Counted from the stretch's first letter, positions 27,738 through 38,239 are shown. The stretch is DNA of 64,000 nucleotides from Bacteroidales bacterium (GCA_012837935.1 DUQG01000018.1:45620-109619); one strand, 5' to 3'. The notes: a model not told the origin generated them from the letters alone. Made by a program: numbers and translations.

Positions 27738-30506
27738 TTAAAATCTAAATCCTAAGTGCAGGAACATGTTGAAGCCCCACGCGTAGTAATATTTGTTAGG
27801 GAATTTGTTCAGATTTGTCAAATCCAGCGTATTTTCATCCGACATCGGCATTCTTCCTTGTTGGAATCCACCGGTAATCATCTTTGTATTGTTCAAAATA
27901 TTGCTAAAGCTCAAGTTTACGTTCATAGAGCGACGTTTGGGTAAGTAAATTACTTTTCCAATGGATGCGTCAAGCAAAAATCCGCCTTTCAACTTTTCTT
28001 GAGTTCCTAAAATTCTTTTCGCTTCGCCTGTTGGATCTGTGTTGTAAAGCGCCATATTGCTTTCGGTAAATCTATTCGGTGCAAAATCCAAATAATTATT
28101 ATCGAAATAGTTCAATGTTACGTCAGCAAACCACATTTTCGGGTGGAAATAATCAATAGTAAAGTTAGCCGCTAATTGCGGTCCGGTATTGATTTTCAAG
28201 CCTTTGGTCAATACAGTTTCCTGAATGTCCGCTTTAGAACCGTTTTCAAAACTCTTTACACCAATGGCGTTATTTGTATAATGGTAATCTGCATACGTAG
28301 CTGCCGATGATATAGAGAAACTTCTATTTAATTTTACCGAAATACCCGCTTCTACACCTTGATAAATCTTGTCTGCTTTCATAAGCATATGATTAATAAA
28401 GGTACGCAAAGCATCATCATAGTAGCCAAGGTTCTCCGAAGTTCCTAACATATGCGTGCGGAAACCTGTCAAGCGACCTCTTACAGCAGGGAAAATAAAT
28501 GAGTAGTTCAAATCATAAGATAGAATTTTGCGAGATTGCAGATAAGGAATTCTATCATGTTTGATACGCTCAGAAACATAAGCACCGTTTGGAAGTGGAG
28601 CTCGTGTTTCTGCTAACACATTTGCATACAGGCGATTTCTTCCATCAATTTTGTAAGTAGCACCAGCTTTGAAGGACGGGTCAACAAACCACCACACTTC
28701 ACCTGCTCCGTATGAGTTTTCCGGTGCACGACCGTTTTTCATATAGCCATGACGGTTAAATTGCGTGTAAGTAACTTTTGCTGCGTAATACAAGTCGAGC
28801 TGAGCTAAGTTCCATTCGTTTTGAATAAAAGTACTTGTATTCAGGATGTTAATATCGTATTTATAACCGAACATATCACCTTTTTTAATCACTTTATTCG
28901 GATTGTTTAGGTCATTTTGCATTTTATTCAAATCAGGAACGATATCCAAATTCATATCTCGCTCGGCAAACTGGTCAATATCAATCCACTGATTGCCACC
29001 TAGCAGGTCGTCAAGTGTTTTGTAGTTGATGTCTTTGGCGTATTTCGCCTCTACTCCGGCAGTGAGTCTGAATTTAGGGTTTATCTGATTGGTATAAGTA
29101 GAATTAAATGCAGTCTCCATCAAGTCGTTGTGTCGTCTTTCTACTATATATTTTGCACTTCCGTTTGGATTTGACTCGTTGTTTCTATAGTTAGCTTGAT
29201 ACAAACTAGCCCAGTCAATTTGAGATAGTCGCGGATTTTTCGGTTCTCTACCGTCAAATGCCCATTGAGCTGTTATGTTTTTGGCAACTATCGGGTCAGT
29301 TTGGAAACTTGGCAGATAGCGGTAGTAATCCGGACGTGGATCCGGTGCATTGTAAAATCCTAATGCCGAATTGCTATACATACTGTAGTGATATGCCAAT
29401 CCGGTGCGTAATCTTTGAGTTTCGCTGATTTTGAAGTCACTGGTGATAATTGTGGTCGGGTCAAAACTTTTTACTATACGTGAATTTCTCTTTTTCCCGT
29501 CTTGATAACCCCAATAAGAGTTATAGTAAATAGAACCCGACAAGTCATACACTTCTTGTGTTCCGGCACTTTGCTGGGTTCTTTGCGTAGGCGCTCCGTA
29601 GGTTACTAGCGAAAGGCTATGTCTTGGGGTAAGCATTTTTTCAGCTGAAAGGAAATAGCCTGCTGAGTTGTAAAACGAACCATGCATAATTCCTTCGTCA
29701 GCCCAACGAATTACGCCCGAAGCTGCAAATGCCCAACCATTTGGTAACATTCCAGTAGCATAAGTAGCTTGTCCACGAAGTTTGTAGGCTCTATTGCTGT
29801 AAGCCAAACTGGCGCGTGTTCCTGCTGCAAAGGCACTTGCACGGTTTAGGATATTTGTGGTGGAACCAATATTTCCATAACTGAAATTATTAGCATCAAT
29901 TCCATTAACCACATCTTTGTTTCGGTTGGCATCGTTCAGTCCACCCAAGCTTGAATAGTTAAATCCACCACGGTCCAGCGTGTTAAAGTTTACACCATTC
30001 ACGTAGGTAGATTCAAATTCCTGCTCATAGCCACGCATACGAAAACGCATCGGACTAAAAGAATAGGAGGTCTGCGAAAGATAGACATCGCCGCGAGCGA
30101 TACCGCCGGAAATGCTTTGAGTGGAACGTCCTTCATCCTCGCTGAAATTCGATTCGCTCAACTGCAAAATCGCATCTTGACGAGCTTCTTCCTGAATATC
30201 CACTCGTAAGAAGATAATTCCCAGCTCATTTTCAGCGTCTTCTTTTAGGTTAATTAATTTTACTTGAGGAAAATATCCTGTTTTAAAAAAACTTATCTCC
30301 TCATCACCACTAACCAAGTCTGTTAAGGTAAATTCTCCTTGAGCATTGGTTTTGGTTGAAATGTTTTGGTGCATCAATGTTACCGTTACACCGGGGATTG
30401 GAGTATTTGTTTCAGCAATTTTCACAGTTCCGGTCAGTTGGGTTTGTGAAAAACCTACCGCAGAGACCAAAAGAAAAGCTGAAACGAACAGCAATACTTT
30501 TTTCAT
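27738..30506 (-). CDS. TonB-dependent receptor with N-terminal carboxypeptidase-regulatory-like domain
   Basis: 922 aa. Signal peptide. GTVKIAETNTPIPGVTVTL...TNAQGEFTL (CarbopepD_reg-like). Plug + barrel. C-terminal ...LHLGFRF. Confidence 0.85.
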   Translation of the reverse strand: MKKVLLFVSAFLLVSAVGFSQTQLTGTVKIAETNTPIPGVTVTLMHQNISTKTNAQGEFTLTDLVSGDEEISFFKTGYFPQVKLINLKEDAENELGIIFLRVDIQEEARQDAILQLSESNFSEDEGRSTQSISGGIARGDVYLSQTSYSFSPMRFRMRGYEQEFESTYVNGVNFNTLDRGGFNYSSLGGLNDANRNKDVVNGIDANNFSYGNIGSTTNILNRASAFAAGTRASLAYSNRAYKLRGQATYATGMLPNGWAFAASGVIRWADEGIMHGSFYNSAGYFLSAEKMLTPRHSLSLVTYGAPTQRTQQSAGTQEVYDLSGSIYYNSYWGYQDGKKRNSRIVKSFDPTTIITSDFKISETQRLRTGLAYHYSMYSNSALGFYNAPDPRPDYYRYLPSFQTDPIVAKNITAQWAFDGREPKNPRLSQIDWASLYQANYRNNESNPNGSAKYIVERRHNDLMETAFNSTYTNQINPKFRLTAGVEAKYAKDINYKTLDDLLGGNQWIDIDQFAERDMNLDIVPDLNKMQNDLNNPNKVIKKGDMFGYKYDINILNTSTFIQNEWNLAQLDLYYAAKVTYTQFNRHGYMKNGRAPENSYGAGEVWWFVDPSFKAGATYKIDGRNRLYANVLAETRAPLPNGAYVSERIKHDRIPYLQSRKILSYDLNYSFIFPAVRGRLTGFRTHMLGTSENLGYYDDALRTFINHMLMKADKIYQGVEAGISVKLNRSFSISSAATYADYHYTNNAIGVKSFENGSKADIQETVLTKGLKINTGPQLAANFTIDYFHPKMWFADVTLNYFDNNYLDFAPNRFTESNMALYNTDPTGEAKRILGTQEKLKGGFLLDASIGKVIYLPKRRSMNVNLSFSNILNNTKMITGGFQQGRMPMSDENTLDLTNLNKFPNKYYYAWGFNMFLHLGFRF

Positions 30507-30974
30507 ACGAAAATCATTATTTGTTAATAATTCAATAATATTATTATTTTGTTAAACTCATGCCATTTTCAGCCATGGCAAAAGTTGTGCAAGATACAAC
30601 CTTTTTTTGAAAAAAACCATAACAGAACTTGATTTTAACCTTTTAATCAAATAGGAAAACAAATGCAATCTTCTTGTTTGTTACAGTTTTATTGAAGAAT
30701 GTCAGAATTTGTGTAAAAAGAAAACTAATCTTTCCTTTAAAAAGACTAATCGTAAGCAATGCAATAATATTAGAAAAAAGCTATGTTTTATCAGAGAAAA
30801 TCGGGATTGGTTTATGAAAGATGATTTTAATAAGGTTTTTAGATTTTTACTTTTTTATATCAGTTTTTTTTCGGACTTTTGTTAATCTTATTGAGAATGT
30901 TTATTTTTTAATAGACTTTTCAAGATGGGAACTTTTTTAAGCAAATAAAACGTACTTATTTTTAAATTAAACTA

Positions 30975-32036
30975 ATGAAAAGATTATTTCAACTATTAAG
31001 CTTTATATTTGTTGTATCACTTGTAGTTTCATGTGGTACGACTGCTAAATCAAGTGCAGATCGTTCTTTTGGAAATTACCGTGCTGTAAGTGTGGCTTTT
31101 TACAATCTCGAAAACCTCTTTGATACCATCAATCAAAGTAATAATGACGAAGAGTTTTTACCTGAAGGCAGCATGCGATGGAATGGCATGAAATACCGTG
31201 CGAAATTGAAAAACATGGCTTATGCCATCTCACAAATCGGACTGGAAACTACGCCAAATGGTGTTTCAATCTTAGGAGTAAGTGAAATAGAAAATCGTGG
31301 TGTATTGGAAGATTTGGTTAAAGAACCCACAATTGCTAATCGCAACTACGAAATCATTCACTACGACAGTCCGGACAGACGAGGTGTAGATGTTGGCTTA
31401 CTATACAATCCGCGTGATTTTGTTCCTACTGCACACAAATCACATCGGCTTATAACGGATGATCCGAATTTTCTCACTCGCGACCAATTGGTGGTTAGTG
31501 GATATTTACTTAAAGAAAAAGTTCACGTAATAGTGAATCACTGGCCATCAAGGTCTGGTGGCGAAGTAGCATCTGCACCAAAAAGAAATGCAGCTGCGGC
31601 ACTTAGCAAGCAGATTGCCGACTCGCTTTACCGCCAAGACCCAAATGCCAAAATCATTATTATGGGCGACTTAAATGACGATCCTTACAACGAAAGCGTT
31701 GCTAAAGTGCTAAATGCCAAACGGAATATGGAAGATGTAGAGGATTATGGACTATATAATCCTACTTGGCGCATTCTGGATAGCGGTGTGGGCACATTAG
31801 CCTACAACAATCAGTGGAACTTATTTGACCAAATCATTATTTCAAAACCTTTACTTACAAAAGATAAATCAAAACTTAGTTTCTGGAAAGCAGAAGTTTT
31901 CAATAAAAGCTTTTTAGTACAACAGGAAGGCGCTTACAAGGGCGTACCTCTTCGTACTCATGCCGGTGGCGTATGGATGAATGGTTATAGCGACCACTTC
32001 CCGATAATTATTTATTTGGTAAAATCTACAGACTAG
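30975..32036 (+). CDS. secreted lipoprotein, endonuclease/exonuclease/phosphatase (EEP) family
   Basis: Lipobox VVSCG. FYNLENLFD, GDLNDDP and C-terminal YSDHFPI motifs of the EEP fold. Confidence 0.85.
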   Translation: MKRLFQLLSFIFVVSLVVSCGTTAKSSADRSFGNYRAVSVAFYNLENLFDTINQSNNDEEFLPEGSMRWNGMKYRAKLKNMAYAISQIGLETTPNGVSILGVSEIENRGVLEDLVKEPTIANRNYEIIHYDSPDRRGVDVGLLYNPRDFVPTAHKSHRLITDDPNFLTRDQLVVSGYLLKEKVHVIVNHWPSRSGGEVASAPKRNAAAALSKQIADSLYRQDPNAKIIIMGDLNDDPYNESVAKVLNAKRNMEDVEDYGLYNPTWRILDSGVGTLAYNNQWNLFDQIIISKPLLTKDKSKLSFWKAEVFNKSFLVQQEGAYKGVPLRTHAGGVWMNGYSDHFPIIIYLVKSTD

Positions 32037-32099
32037 TTATCAGGAAGAAATATTGAACTTTAATTTTTTTATTCTGCCAGCAGATTAAATATGTAAATT

Positions 32100-32687
32100 A
32101 TGGAATATACTACACTAAAAGGGCGACTTATAATGCCCGAATATGGGCGCAATGTACAGCAAATGATAGAACATGCTCTTACTATTGAGGATAGAGAAGA
32201 AAGAACACGTTGCGTAAATACAATAGTTAATATTATGGGAAACTTATTCCCATATCTTCGCGATGTGAGCGACTTTAAACACAAACTTTGGGATCATGTG
32301 GCGATTATGTCAGATTTCAAATTGGATATTGATTATCCGTATGAAATTGTACAAGAAGAAGATTTGTACTCACGACCGGAGCACATTCCTTACAAACATT
32401 CCAAAATCAGATATCGGCACTATGGTAGAAACTTGGAAAAGATGATAGAGCGAGTTTCCGACTATCCGGATGGCGACACCAAAAACGAACTTATTAGATT
32501 GATAGCCAATCAAATGAAGAAGTGTTTTTTGACTTGGAATAAAGAGGTTGTGGATGATAAAAAGATTTTCGACGACTTGCGTGAGCTTTCCAACGGCAAA
32601 TTAGACGTTTCTGAAGATATTTTCGAACTGGTGGAAACGCGCAACGTCCTTGGCAAGAAAAACAACAGAAAAACACAGAAAAAATAA
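32100..32687 (+). CDS. DUF4290 domain protein
   Basis: PEYGRNVQQMIEHA...R....IV.IMGNLFP... pattern, and the conserved position upstream of murA in Bacteroidota. Confidence 0.7.
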   Translation: MEYTTLKGRLIMPEYGRNVQQMIEHALTIEDREERTRCVNTIVNIMGNLFPYLRDVSDFKHKLWDHVAIMSDFKLDIDYPYEIVQEEDLYSRPEHIPYKHSKIRYRHYGRNLEKMIERVSDYPDGDTKNELIRLIANQMKKCFLTWNKEVVDDKKIFDDLRELSNGKLDVSEDIFELVETRNVLGKKNNRKTQKK

Positions 32688-32815
32688 GCAAAGTTTATAA
32701 TTAATAAGCATAGATTCGGCTCTAAGTTTGTGCTTGCACTTAGTTGAGTCAAATTTCTGCTTCCGCCTCGAAATTATCGGGGCTTTTTAATTGTTTTAAT
32801 TTTAATTTTTTACAC

Positions 32816-34120
32816 ATGGCATCATTCAAAATAGAAGGAGGACGCAAACTCCAAGGTTCAATAACACCTCAAGGCGCTAAAAATGAGGCTTTACAAGTAA
32901 TTTGTGCGGTAGTATTAACACCGGAAAAGGTTACTATCAGCAATATTCCGCAAATTCTGGACGTACTTAATTTGATTAAGCTTTTGAAAAATTTAGGGGT
33001 AATTGTTGAGCAGTTGGATGAAAATACTTATAGTTTTCAAGCTTCAAACATCAACTTAGATTATCTTTATACTGAGGAATATTACAAACAAAGTGCTGCT
33101 CTTCGTGGCTCTGTAATGTTGGTGGGTCCGCTGGTGGCACGATATGGGAAAGCCATTATACCCAAACCGGGTGGTGATAAAATTGGTCGAAGAAGATTGG
33201 ACACACACTTTATCGGTATTCAGAAATTGGGTGCTGAATTTGAATATGATGCGGACAAAAAAATCTATAGAATTAAAGGCGAAAAGCTAAAAGGCAGTTA
33301 TATGCTTTTAGATGAGGCTTCCGTAACCGGAACAGCAAACATTCTGATGACAAGTGTGTTGGCTGAAGGCACAACAACCATTTACAATGCTGCCTGCGAA
33401 CCTTACTTGCAACAATTATCGAAAATGCTCAATCGAATGGGTGCCAAAATTTCGGGAATTGGCTCTAATCTGCTTACCATCGAAGGTGTAAAATCACTAA
33501 ATGGTTGTGAGCACAAACTACTTCCCGATATGATTGAAGTGGGTAGTTTTATAGGTATGGCTGCCATGACCGGATCCGAAATAACCATTAAAAATGTGGC
33601 TTACGACGAACTTGGAATTATTCCTGACAGTTTCCGCCGCTTAGGAATTAAAATAGAACAACAAGGTGATGACATTTATATACCACAACAAGACTCGTAC
33701 ACTATTGAGTCATTTATAGACGGCTCTATTATGACCATTGCCGATGCACCGTGGCCCGGGCTAACACCGGACTTGCTTAGTGTGTTTTTAGTGGTTGCAA
33801 CTAAAGCGGTTGGCAGTGTGCTTATCCATCAAAAAATGTTTGAAAGCAGGTTGTTCTTTGTCGATAAACTAATTGATATGGGTGCACAAATTATACTTTG
33901 CGACCCGCACAGAGCTACAGTGATTGGACTTGGTAACAATTTGCACCTTCGTGCAGCTAAGATGACCTCGCCGGACATTCGTGCCGGAATTGCACTACTT
34001 ATCGCAGCTATGGCAGCAGATGGAACCAGCATTATTGATAATATCGACCAAATTGACCGCGGATATCAAGATATTGACAAACGACTAAATGCGCTTGGTG
34101 CAAAAATCACTCGTATATAA
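32816..34120 (+). CDS. murA: UDP-N-acetylglucosamine 1-carboxyvinyltransferase
   Basis: MASFKIEGGRKLQGSITPQGAKNEALQ..., PGGDKIGRRRLDTH. Start set to ATG 32816. Confidence 0.95.
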   Translation: MASFKIEGGRKLQGSITPQGAKNEALQVICAVVLTPEKVTISNIPQILDVLNLIKLLKNLGVIVEQLDENTYSFQASNINLDYLYTEEYYKQSAALRGSVMLVGPLVARYGKAIIPKPGGDKIGRRRLDTHFIGIQKLGAEFEYDADKKIYRIKGEKLKGSYMLLDEASVTGTANILMTSVLAEGTTTIYNAACEPYLQQLSKMLNRMGAKISGIGSNLLTIEGVKSLNGCEHKLLPDMIEVGSFIGMAAMTGSEITIKNVAYDELGIIPDSFRRLGIKIEQQGDDIYIPQQDSYTIESFIDGSIMTIADAPWPGLTPDLLSVFLVVATKAVGSVLIHQKMFESRLFFVDKLIDMGAQIILCDPHRATVIGLGNNLHLRAAKMTSPDIRAGIALLIAAMAADGTSIIDNIDQIDRGYQDIDKRLNALGAKITRI

Positions 34121-34135
34121 TTAAAAGGAAAGTTA

Positions 34136-34738
34136 ATGCCTGAAACCTATAAAACCATATCCAAGCAGTCGGAAGGCTTATACAAAGAGAAAGGAAGTAA
34201 ATTTATTTCGTATGCTATTCCTGTAAAGGATGTGGACGAAATAAAACTTATTCTTGACGAGTATCGGAAACAGTATTACGATGCGAGGCACGTTTGCTAC
34301 GCCTATATGCTTGGCGCTGAGCGTGAAGAGTTTCGAGCTAATGATGACGGCGAACCATCCGGAACGGCGGGACGACCCATTTTAGGACAAATAAATTCGT
34401 TTGAGCTGACGGATATACTGATTATCGTAATTCGCTATTTTGGTGGAATTTTATTGGGTACAAGCGGACTGATAACCGCTTATAAAGAAGCTGCACGAGA
34501 AGCTATTTTGCAAGCAGAAATAGTTGAGATTATTGTCAAAGAGCGTTTTTCTATCCATTTTGGCTATGACTTAATGAATGAAGTCCTGCGAATTTTTAAA
34601 GAGTACGAGCCCGAAGTGATAAGTTCCGATATGCAATACACCTGTAAATTTGAAGTGGAAATTGCAAAATCAAAGTCGGAAGAGTTTTTTGGGAAGTTAG
34701 AAAAAATCTACGGTGTGGAAATTTCTGCTTCTGAGTAA
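34136..34738 (+). CDS. yigZ: YigZ / IMPACT family protein
   Basis: KGSKFISYA....A.H.CYAY....DDGEPSGTAGRPIL motif. Confidence 0.85.
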   Translation: MPETYKTISKQSEGLYKEKGSKFISYAIPVKDVDEIKLILDEYRKQYYDARHVCYAYMLGAEREEFRANDDGEPSGTAGRPILGQINSFELTDILIIVIRYFGGILLGTSGLITAYKEAAREAILQAEIVEIIVKERFSIHFGYDLMNEVLRIFKEYEPEVISSDMQYTCKFEVEIAKSKSEEFFGKLEKIYGVEISASE

Positions 34739-34830
34739 ACTCTGAGGTTGTTCTTTCTATTGATTTTTCCCCGAGAATTGCATTTTTCAATATTTTCTCG
34801 AAAAAATTTTGTCAATTAAAAAATAAGCCG

Positions 34831-34838
34831 TACATTTG
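34831..34838 (+). promoter_or_regulatory. -7 box TACATTTG (with TTTG at 34808-34811) for tRNA-Phe
   Basis: Perfect TAnnTTTG 15 nt before the tRNA. Upstream TTTG sits at 19-nt spacing. Confidence 0.55.
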
Positions 34839-34853
34839 CAGTCGCAAAACAAA

Positions 34854-34926
34854 GGTACCATAGCTCAGTTGGTAGAGCAAAGGACTGAAAATCCTTGTGT
34901 CCCCGGTTCGATTCCTGGTGGTACCA
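34854..34926 (+). tRNA. tRNA-Phe (anticodon GAA)
   Basis: Acceptor GGTACCA/TGGTACC, D arm GCTCAGTTGGTAGAGC, anticodon loop CTGAAAA, T arm CCCGG-TTCGATT-CCTGG. Confidence 0.92.
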
Positions 34927-34930
34927 CTTG

Positions 34931-34967
34931 AAAAACGCTGTAATCTTTTGAATTACAGCGTTTTTTT
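34931..34967 (+). terminator. intrinsic terminator after tRNA-Phe
   Basis: CGCTGTAAT ...ATTACAGCG 9-bp stem followed by T7. Confidence 0.85.
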
Positions 34968-35293
34968 ATTTTTAAGTCCTTCCGATTATTTACAGTTTGT
35001 TCTTTGATTTATTAGCTTCATGTAAACCAAAAATCGGTTCAATCCCAAAAGTTACGGAGAATAAAACCGCAAACGAAGTTGTGCATTCTGTTACAATATT
35101 TTTCTTTTCTTACATAAAAACTTGTCTACAAAAGAGTGAAAATAAATGATTTTTATTGTAGAATTTATATTTATTCGAGCTATTTTACTCTGCGTTAGTT
35201 TGTTCCCTCATCTTTATTTTTTATCTTTGTTACTTCCTCAGCGACTTTCAGCTTGGAAAATCCAACTTATTAACGTCTAAATCTTAATTTGCT

Positions 35294-36832
35294 ATGCTTG
35301 TAAAAACATTTGGAGCGGCTGTGCAGGGCATCAATGCCACGATTGTAACGATAGAAGTAAATGTTAGTCAGGGAATTCGCTTTATGATAGTGGGTTTGCC
35401 GGACAGTGCGGTACGTGAGAGCCACGAGCGAGTGATTTCCGCGTTGAAATACAATAATTATGACCTGCCACGCAAGCAAATTATTGTCAATATGGCGCCT
35501 GCCGATATTCGAAAAGAAGGTTCGGCGTATGATTTGCCTTTGGCAATCGGGATAATGGCTGCTGCGGAAAAAATTCCCCATGAAGCGCTTGACCAGTATG
35601 TGATTATGGGTGAACTTTCGCTGGATGGAAGTTTGCAACCAATAAAAGGTGTACTTCCCATTGCTATTAAAGCTCGAGAGGAGAAATTTAAAGGCTTTAT
35701 CCTTCCTAAGCAAAATGCTCGTGAAGCAGCGGTGGTAAATAATTTGGACGTTTATGGTGTAGAAAATATCAAGGAAGTAATTGAGTTTTTGAAAGGAGAA
35801 ATTACGCTTGAACCTACCATTGTAAATACTCGTGAAGAATTTTACCAGCAATTAAATTTAGCCGATATTGATTTTTCTGATGTAAAAGGACAGGAAAATG
35901 TAAAACGCGCTTTGGAAGTTGCAGCAGCGGGCGGTCATAATATTATTCTGGTTGGACCGCCGGGAGCCGGAAAATCCATGTTGGCAAAAAGAATTCCTAC
36001 CATTTTGCCGCCGCTCACCTTGCACGAAGCACTGGAAACTACCAAAATTCATTCCGTAGCCGGAAATATCGGCAGCAATACTTCGCTTATTTCGCAACGA
36101 CCGTTTCGTAGTCCGCATCACACTATCAGCGATGTGGCGTTAGTTGGAGGTGGAACTTACCCACAGCCCGGGGAAATATCGCTGGCTCACAATGGGGTGC
36201 TTTTTCTTGATGAATTGCCGGAATTTAAACGCTCTGTGTTAGAAGTAATGCGTCAGCCACTCGAAGATAGAAAAATTAGCATTTCCAGAGCGAAATTTGC
36301 GATTGATTATCCGGCAAGTTTTATGCTTGTAGCTTCAATGAACCCTTGTCCTTGTGGCTATTATAATCATCCTACACGAGATTGTGTTTGTGCACCGGGT
36401 GTGGTGCAGAAGTATTTGAGTCGAATTAGTGGTCCATTGTTAGATAGGATTGACCTGCATATCGAAATCACACCTGTACCGTTTGAAAAATTAGCAGAAA
36501 TGAAAGAGGCTGAAAGTAGTGAAGCGGTGCGTCTTCGTGTGGTAAAAGCTCGTGAAATTCAAGAATATCGTTTCCGAGATGTGGATGGAGTTTATTGCAA
36601 TGCACAGATGTCATCTAAACAACTTCGAGAATATGCGCAGCCTGATGAAGTAGGTAGTGAACTACTAAAAAGCGCCATGCTTCGATTGAATTTATCTGCT
36701 CGGGCTTACGATAGAATTTTGAAAGTAGCTCGTACTATTGCCGACTTGGACGATAGCGAAAATATTCTTTCACAACACTTGGCAGAAGCTATCAACTATC
36801 GAAACCTCGATAGGGAAGGCTGGGCAGGATAA
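35294..36832 (+). CDS. YifB/ComM family Mg-chelatase-like AAA+ ATPase
   Basis: Lon-like N-domain, Walker A GPPGAGKSM, LFLDELPEF, C-terminal ChlI-like region, 512 aa. Confidence 0.92.
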   Translation: MLVKTFGAAVQGINATIVTIEVNVSQGIRFMIVGLPDSAVRESHERVISALKYNNYDLPRKQIIVNMAPADIRKEGSAYDLPLAIGIMAAAEKIPHEALDQYVIMGELSLDGSLQPIKGVLPIAIKAREEKFKGFILPKQNAREAAVVNNLDVYGVENIKEVIEFLKGEITLEPTIVNTREEFYQQLNLADIDFSDVKGQENVKRALEVAAAGGHNIILVGPPGAGKSMLAKRIPTILPPLTLHEALETTKIHSVAGNIGSNTSLISQRPFRSPHHTISDVALVGGGTYPQPGEISLAHNGVLFLDELPEFKRSVLEVMRQPLEDRKISISRAKFAIDYPASFMLVASMNPCPCGYYNHPTRDCVCAPGVVQKYLSRISGPLLDRIDLHIEITPVPFEKLAEMKEAESSEAVRLRVVKAREIQEYRFRDVDGVYCNAQMSSKQLREYAQPDEVGSELLKSAMLRLNLSARAYDRILKVARTIADLDDSENILSQHLAEAINYRNLDREGWAG

Positions 36833-36852
36833 GTTTTGCAAAAGAGTTACTC

Positions 36853-38223
36853 TTATTCAGCCATTTGATGTGAGTTTATCTTATACAAAATTTTATTACG
36901 CAATCCAATTAGCTTGTACAGTGGACTGGAATATTTGATATTAGCTACTAATAGACTATTAAATCGAATCTTATGAATGTATTTTACTAGGTTAGAGTAC
37001 CATTTTAGGGAAAAACTTCGACTAAAAAATTGCAGTAAAATAAATATTAGCAATATACCCCAGTTGGGTGAAAATAGACAGTTGAAAAGGATAGCTTGGA
37101 CGATATAAAATAAGGGGAATAGCAAAATACCCAAACCGAAATGTACGGAGCTGTAGAACCCTTCATACTCGACCTTTAGCTTTTTTCTAATCCATACGGG
37201 TAAAAAAGTTGGTAGTGCATTAGTAAGAAAGCCAAATGCAAAGACGGGGAAAGTAACCAGTAAAGAAAGAAAACGAACAAAACTGGTCTCTTCCGATTTA
37301 GACTGATTGAAAATAGAAGTTTTAAAACGTAATTTTTTCAGAAAGTCATTATATTGCTCACTCAGTTTGCTCAGTTCAAGCATTTTTTGCGGGTCGTTTT
37401 TTTCAATATCAATTAAAACTTTACTAGCCTTTTGTTTTAGCTTAAACTTCTCAAAGCTATGTTCTTTAGTCTTATCATCCTCGATATATTCTTCCGCATA
37501 GGTTTCAGTAATTGTCTCAAAAGCATCGTAATATTGTGAAGTTGCCAAGTCGCGTGTGAGTTCAGAGAGTCGATTAGCAAGTTCATCCTTAATCTCATTT
37601 AGAGCTACTGGTGCATTGCTTTTGTACTGCCCCATATACTCTTTAACTTCAATTGGCTTACCAATGTTAATGATAAGGGTTTTGTTGCTTTTTACAAGGT
37701 CAGATATATCAATTCCGAATGGAATAATCTTTACGTTACGTTCGCTGCTAAACTCTTTTTGTGCATCAAAAGCAATTCGGAAAATACCTTTAGTCAAAGG
37801 TCTGAGTTTTCTTTTTTCGCCTTGACCGCCTTCCGGCATAATGCAAACGGCATGTCCAAAACGCATTGCTTCAATGGCATAGTGGAATGTTTTGTTGTTA
37901 TTCTCCAAATTTTCAAATCCATCACGCATCCGGAATGCCGGTAAAATTTTAGCAAAATTCATTAACTTTGCTATTCGCTTATTGGCGAAAAGATCAGCAC
38001 GAGCAAGATAAACTACTGCTTTGCGAGGCGGCATAATGGATGATACGGCAAGCGCATCCATAAGTGCATTAAGGTGATTGGGTGCAAAAACAATAGCAGA
38101 ATTGTCTGTAGGCAGGTTCTCTCTTCCTTTAATGATTATCTCACCATAGAATCTCCGAAAGCAAAAAAGAATATACTTTCTTGCTAAGCTATACGAAAAT
38201 GTGTATTCAAAGATACGTCTCAT
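36853..38223 (-). CDS. lysophospholipid (1-acyl-glycerol-3-phosphate-type) acyltransferase with C-terminal membrane domain
   Basis: FAPNHLNALMDAL acyltransferase His/Asp motif, MPEGGQG block, 3-4 C-terminal TM helices. Confidence 0.75.
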   Translation of the reverse strand: MRRIFEYTFSYSLARKYILFCFRRFYGEIIIKGRENLPTDNSAIVFAPNHLNALMDALAVSSIMPPRKAVVYLARADLFANKRIAKLMNFAKILPAFRMRDGFENLENNNKTFHYAIEAMRFGHAVCIMPEGGQGEKRKLRPLTKGIFRIAFDAQKEFSSERNVKIIPFGIDISDLVKSNKTLIINIGKPIEVKEYMGQYKSNAPVALNEIKDELANRLSELTRDLATSQYYDAFETITETYAEEYIEDDKTKEHSFEKFKLKQKASKVLIDIEKNDPQKMLELSKLSEQYNDFLKKLRFKTSIFNQSKSEETSFVRFLSLLVTFPVFAFGFLTNALPTFLPVWIRKKLKVEYEGFYSSVHFGLGILLFPLFYIVQAILFNCLFSPNWGILLIFILLQFFSRSFSLKWYSNLVKYIHKIRFNSLLVANIKYSSPLYKLIGLRNKILYKINSHQMAE

Positions 38224-38239
38224 GCTAAAACTGTTTTTG

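Noticed and set aside
30507-30974. The 468-nt AT-rich spacer upstream of the TonB-dependent receptor, scanned for a riboswitch (cobalamin, TPP and others) or a small ORF.
   Set aside because: No conserved riboswitch core motifs were recognised. Only short weak hairpins are present (for example TGCCAT..ATGGCA). It is left as a divergent promoter region.
35031-35050. CGGTTCAATCCC resembles the tRNA-Phe T-arm (CGGTTCGATTCC) about 105 nt downstream of tRNA-Phe. I considered whether it is an att-site remnant of an integrated element.
   Set aside because: Only a 10/12 match over 12 nt. The acceptor-stem continuation is missing. There is no integrase or foreign-looking gene between it and the tRNA. 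The 340-nt ORF-free stretch is too small for an element.
35270-35851. 193-aa ORF on the minus strand.
   Set aside because: It lies entirely antisense to the well-supported yifB/comM gene. Its composition is low-complexity and basic, and no motif was recognised. It is treated as a shadow ORF. The same reasoning applies to the many 60-150-aa antisense ORFs inside clpB, rpsA, atpA, atpD, porU, dsbD, ahcY and others.
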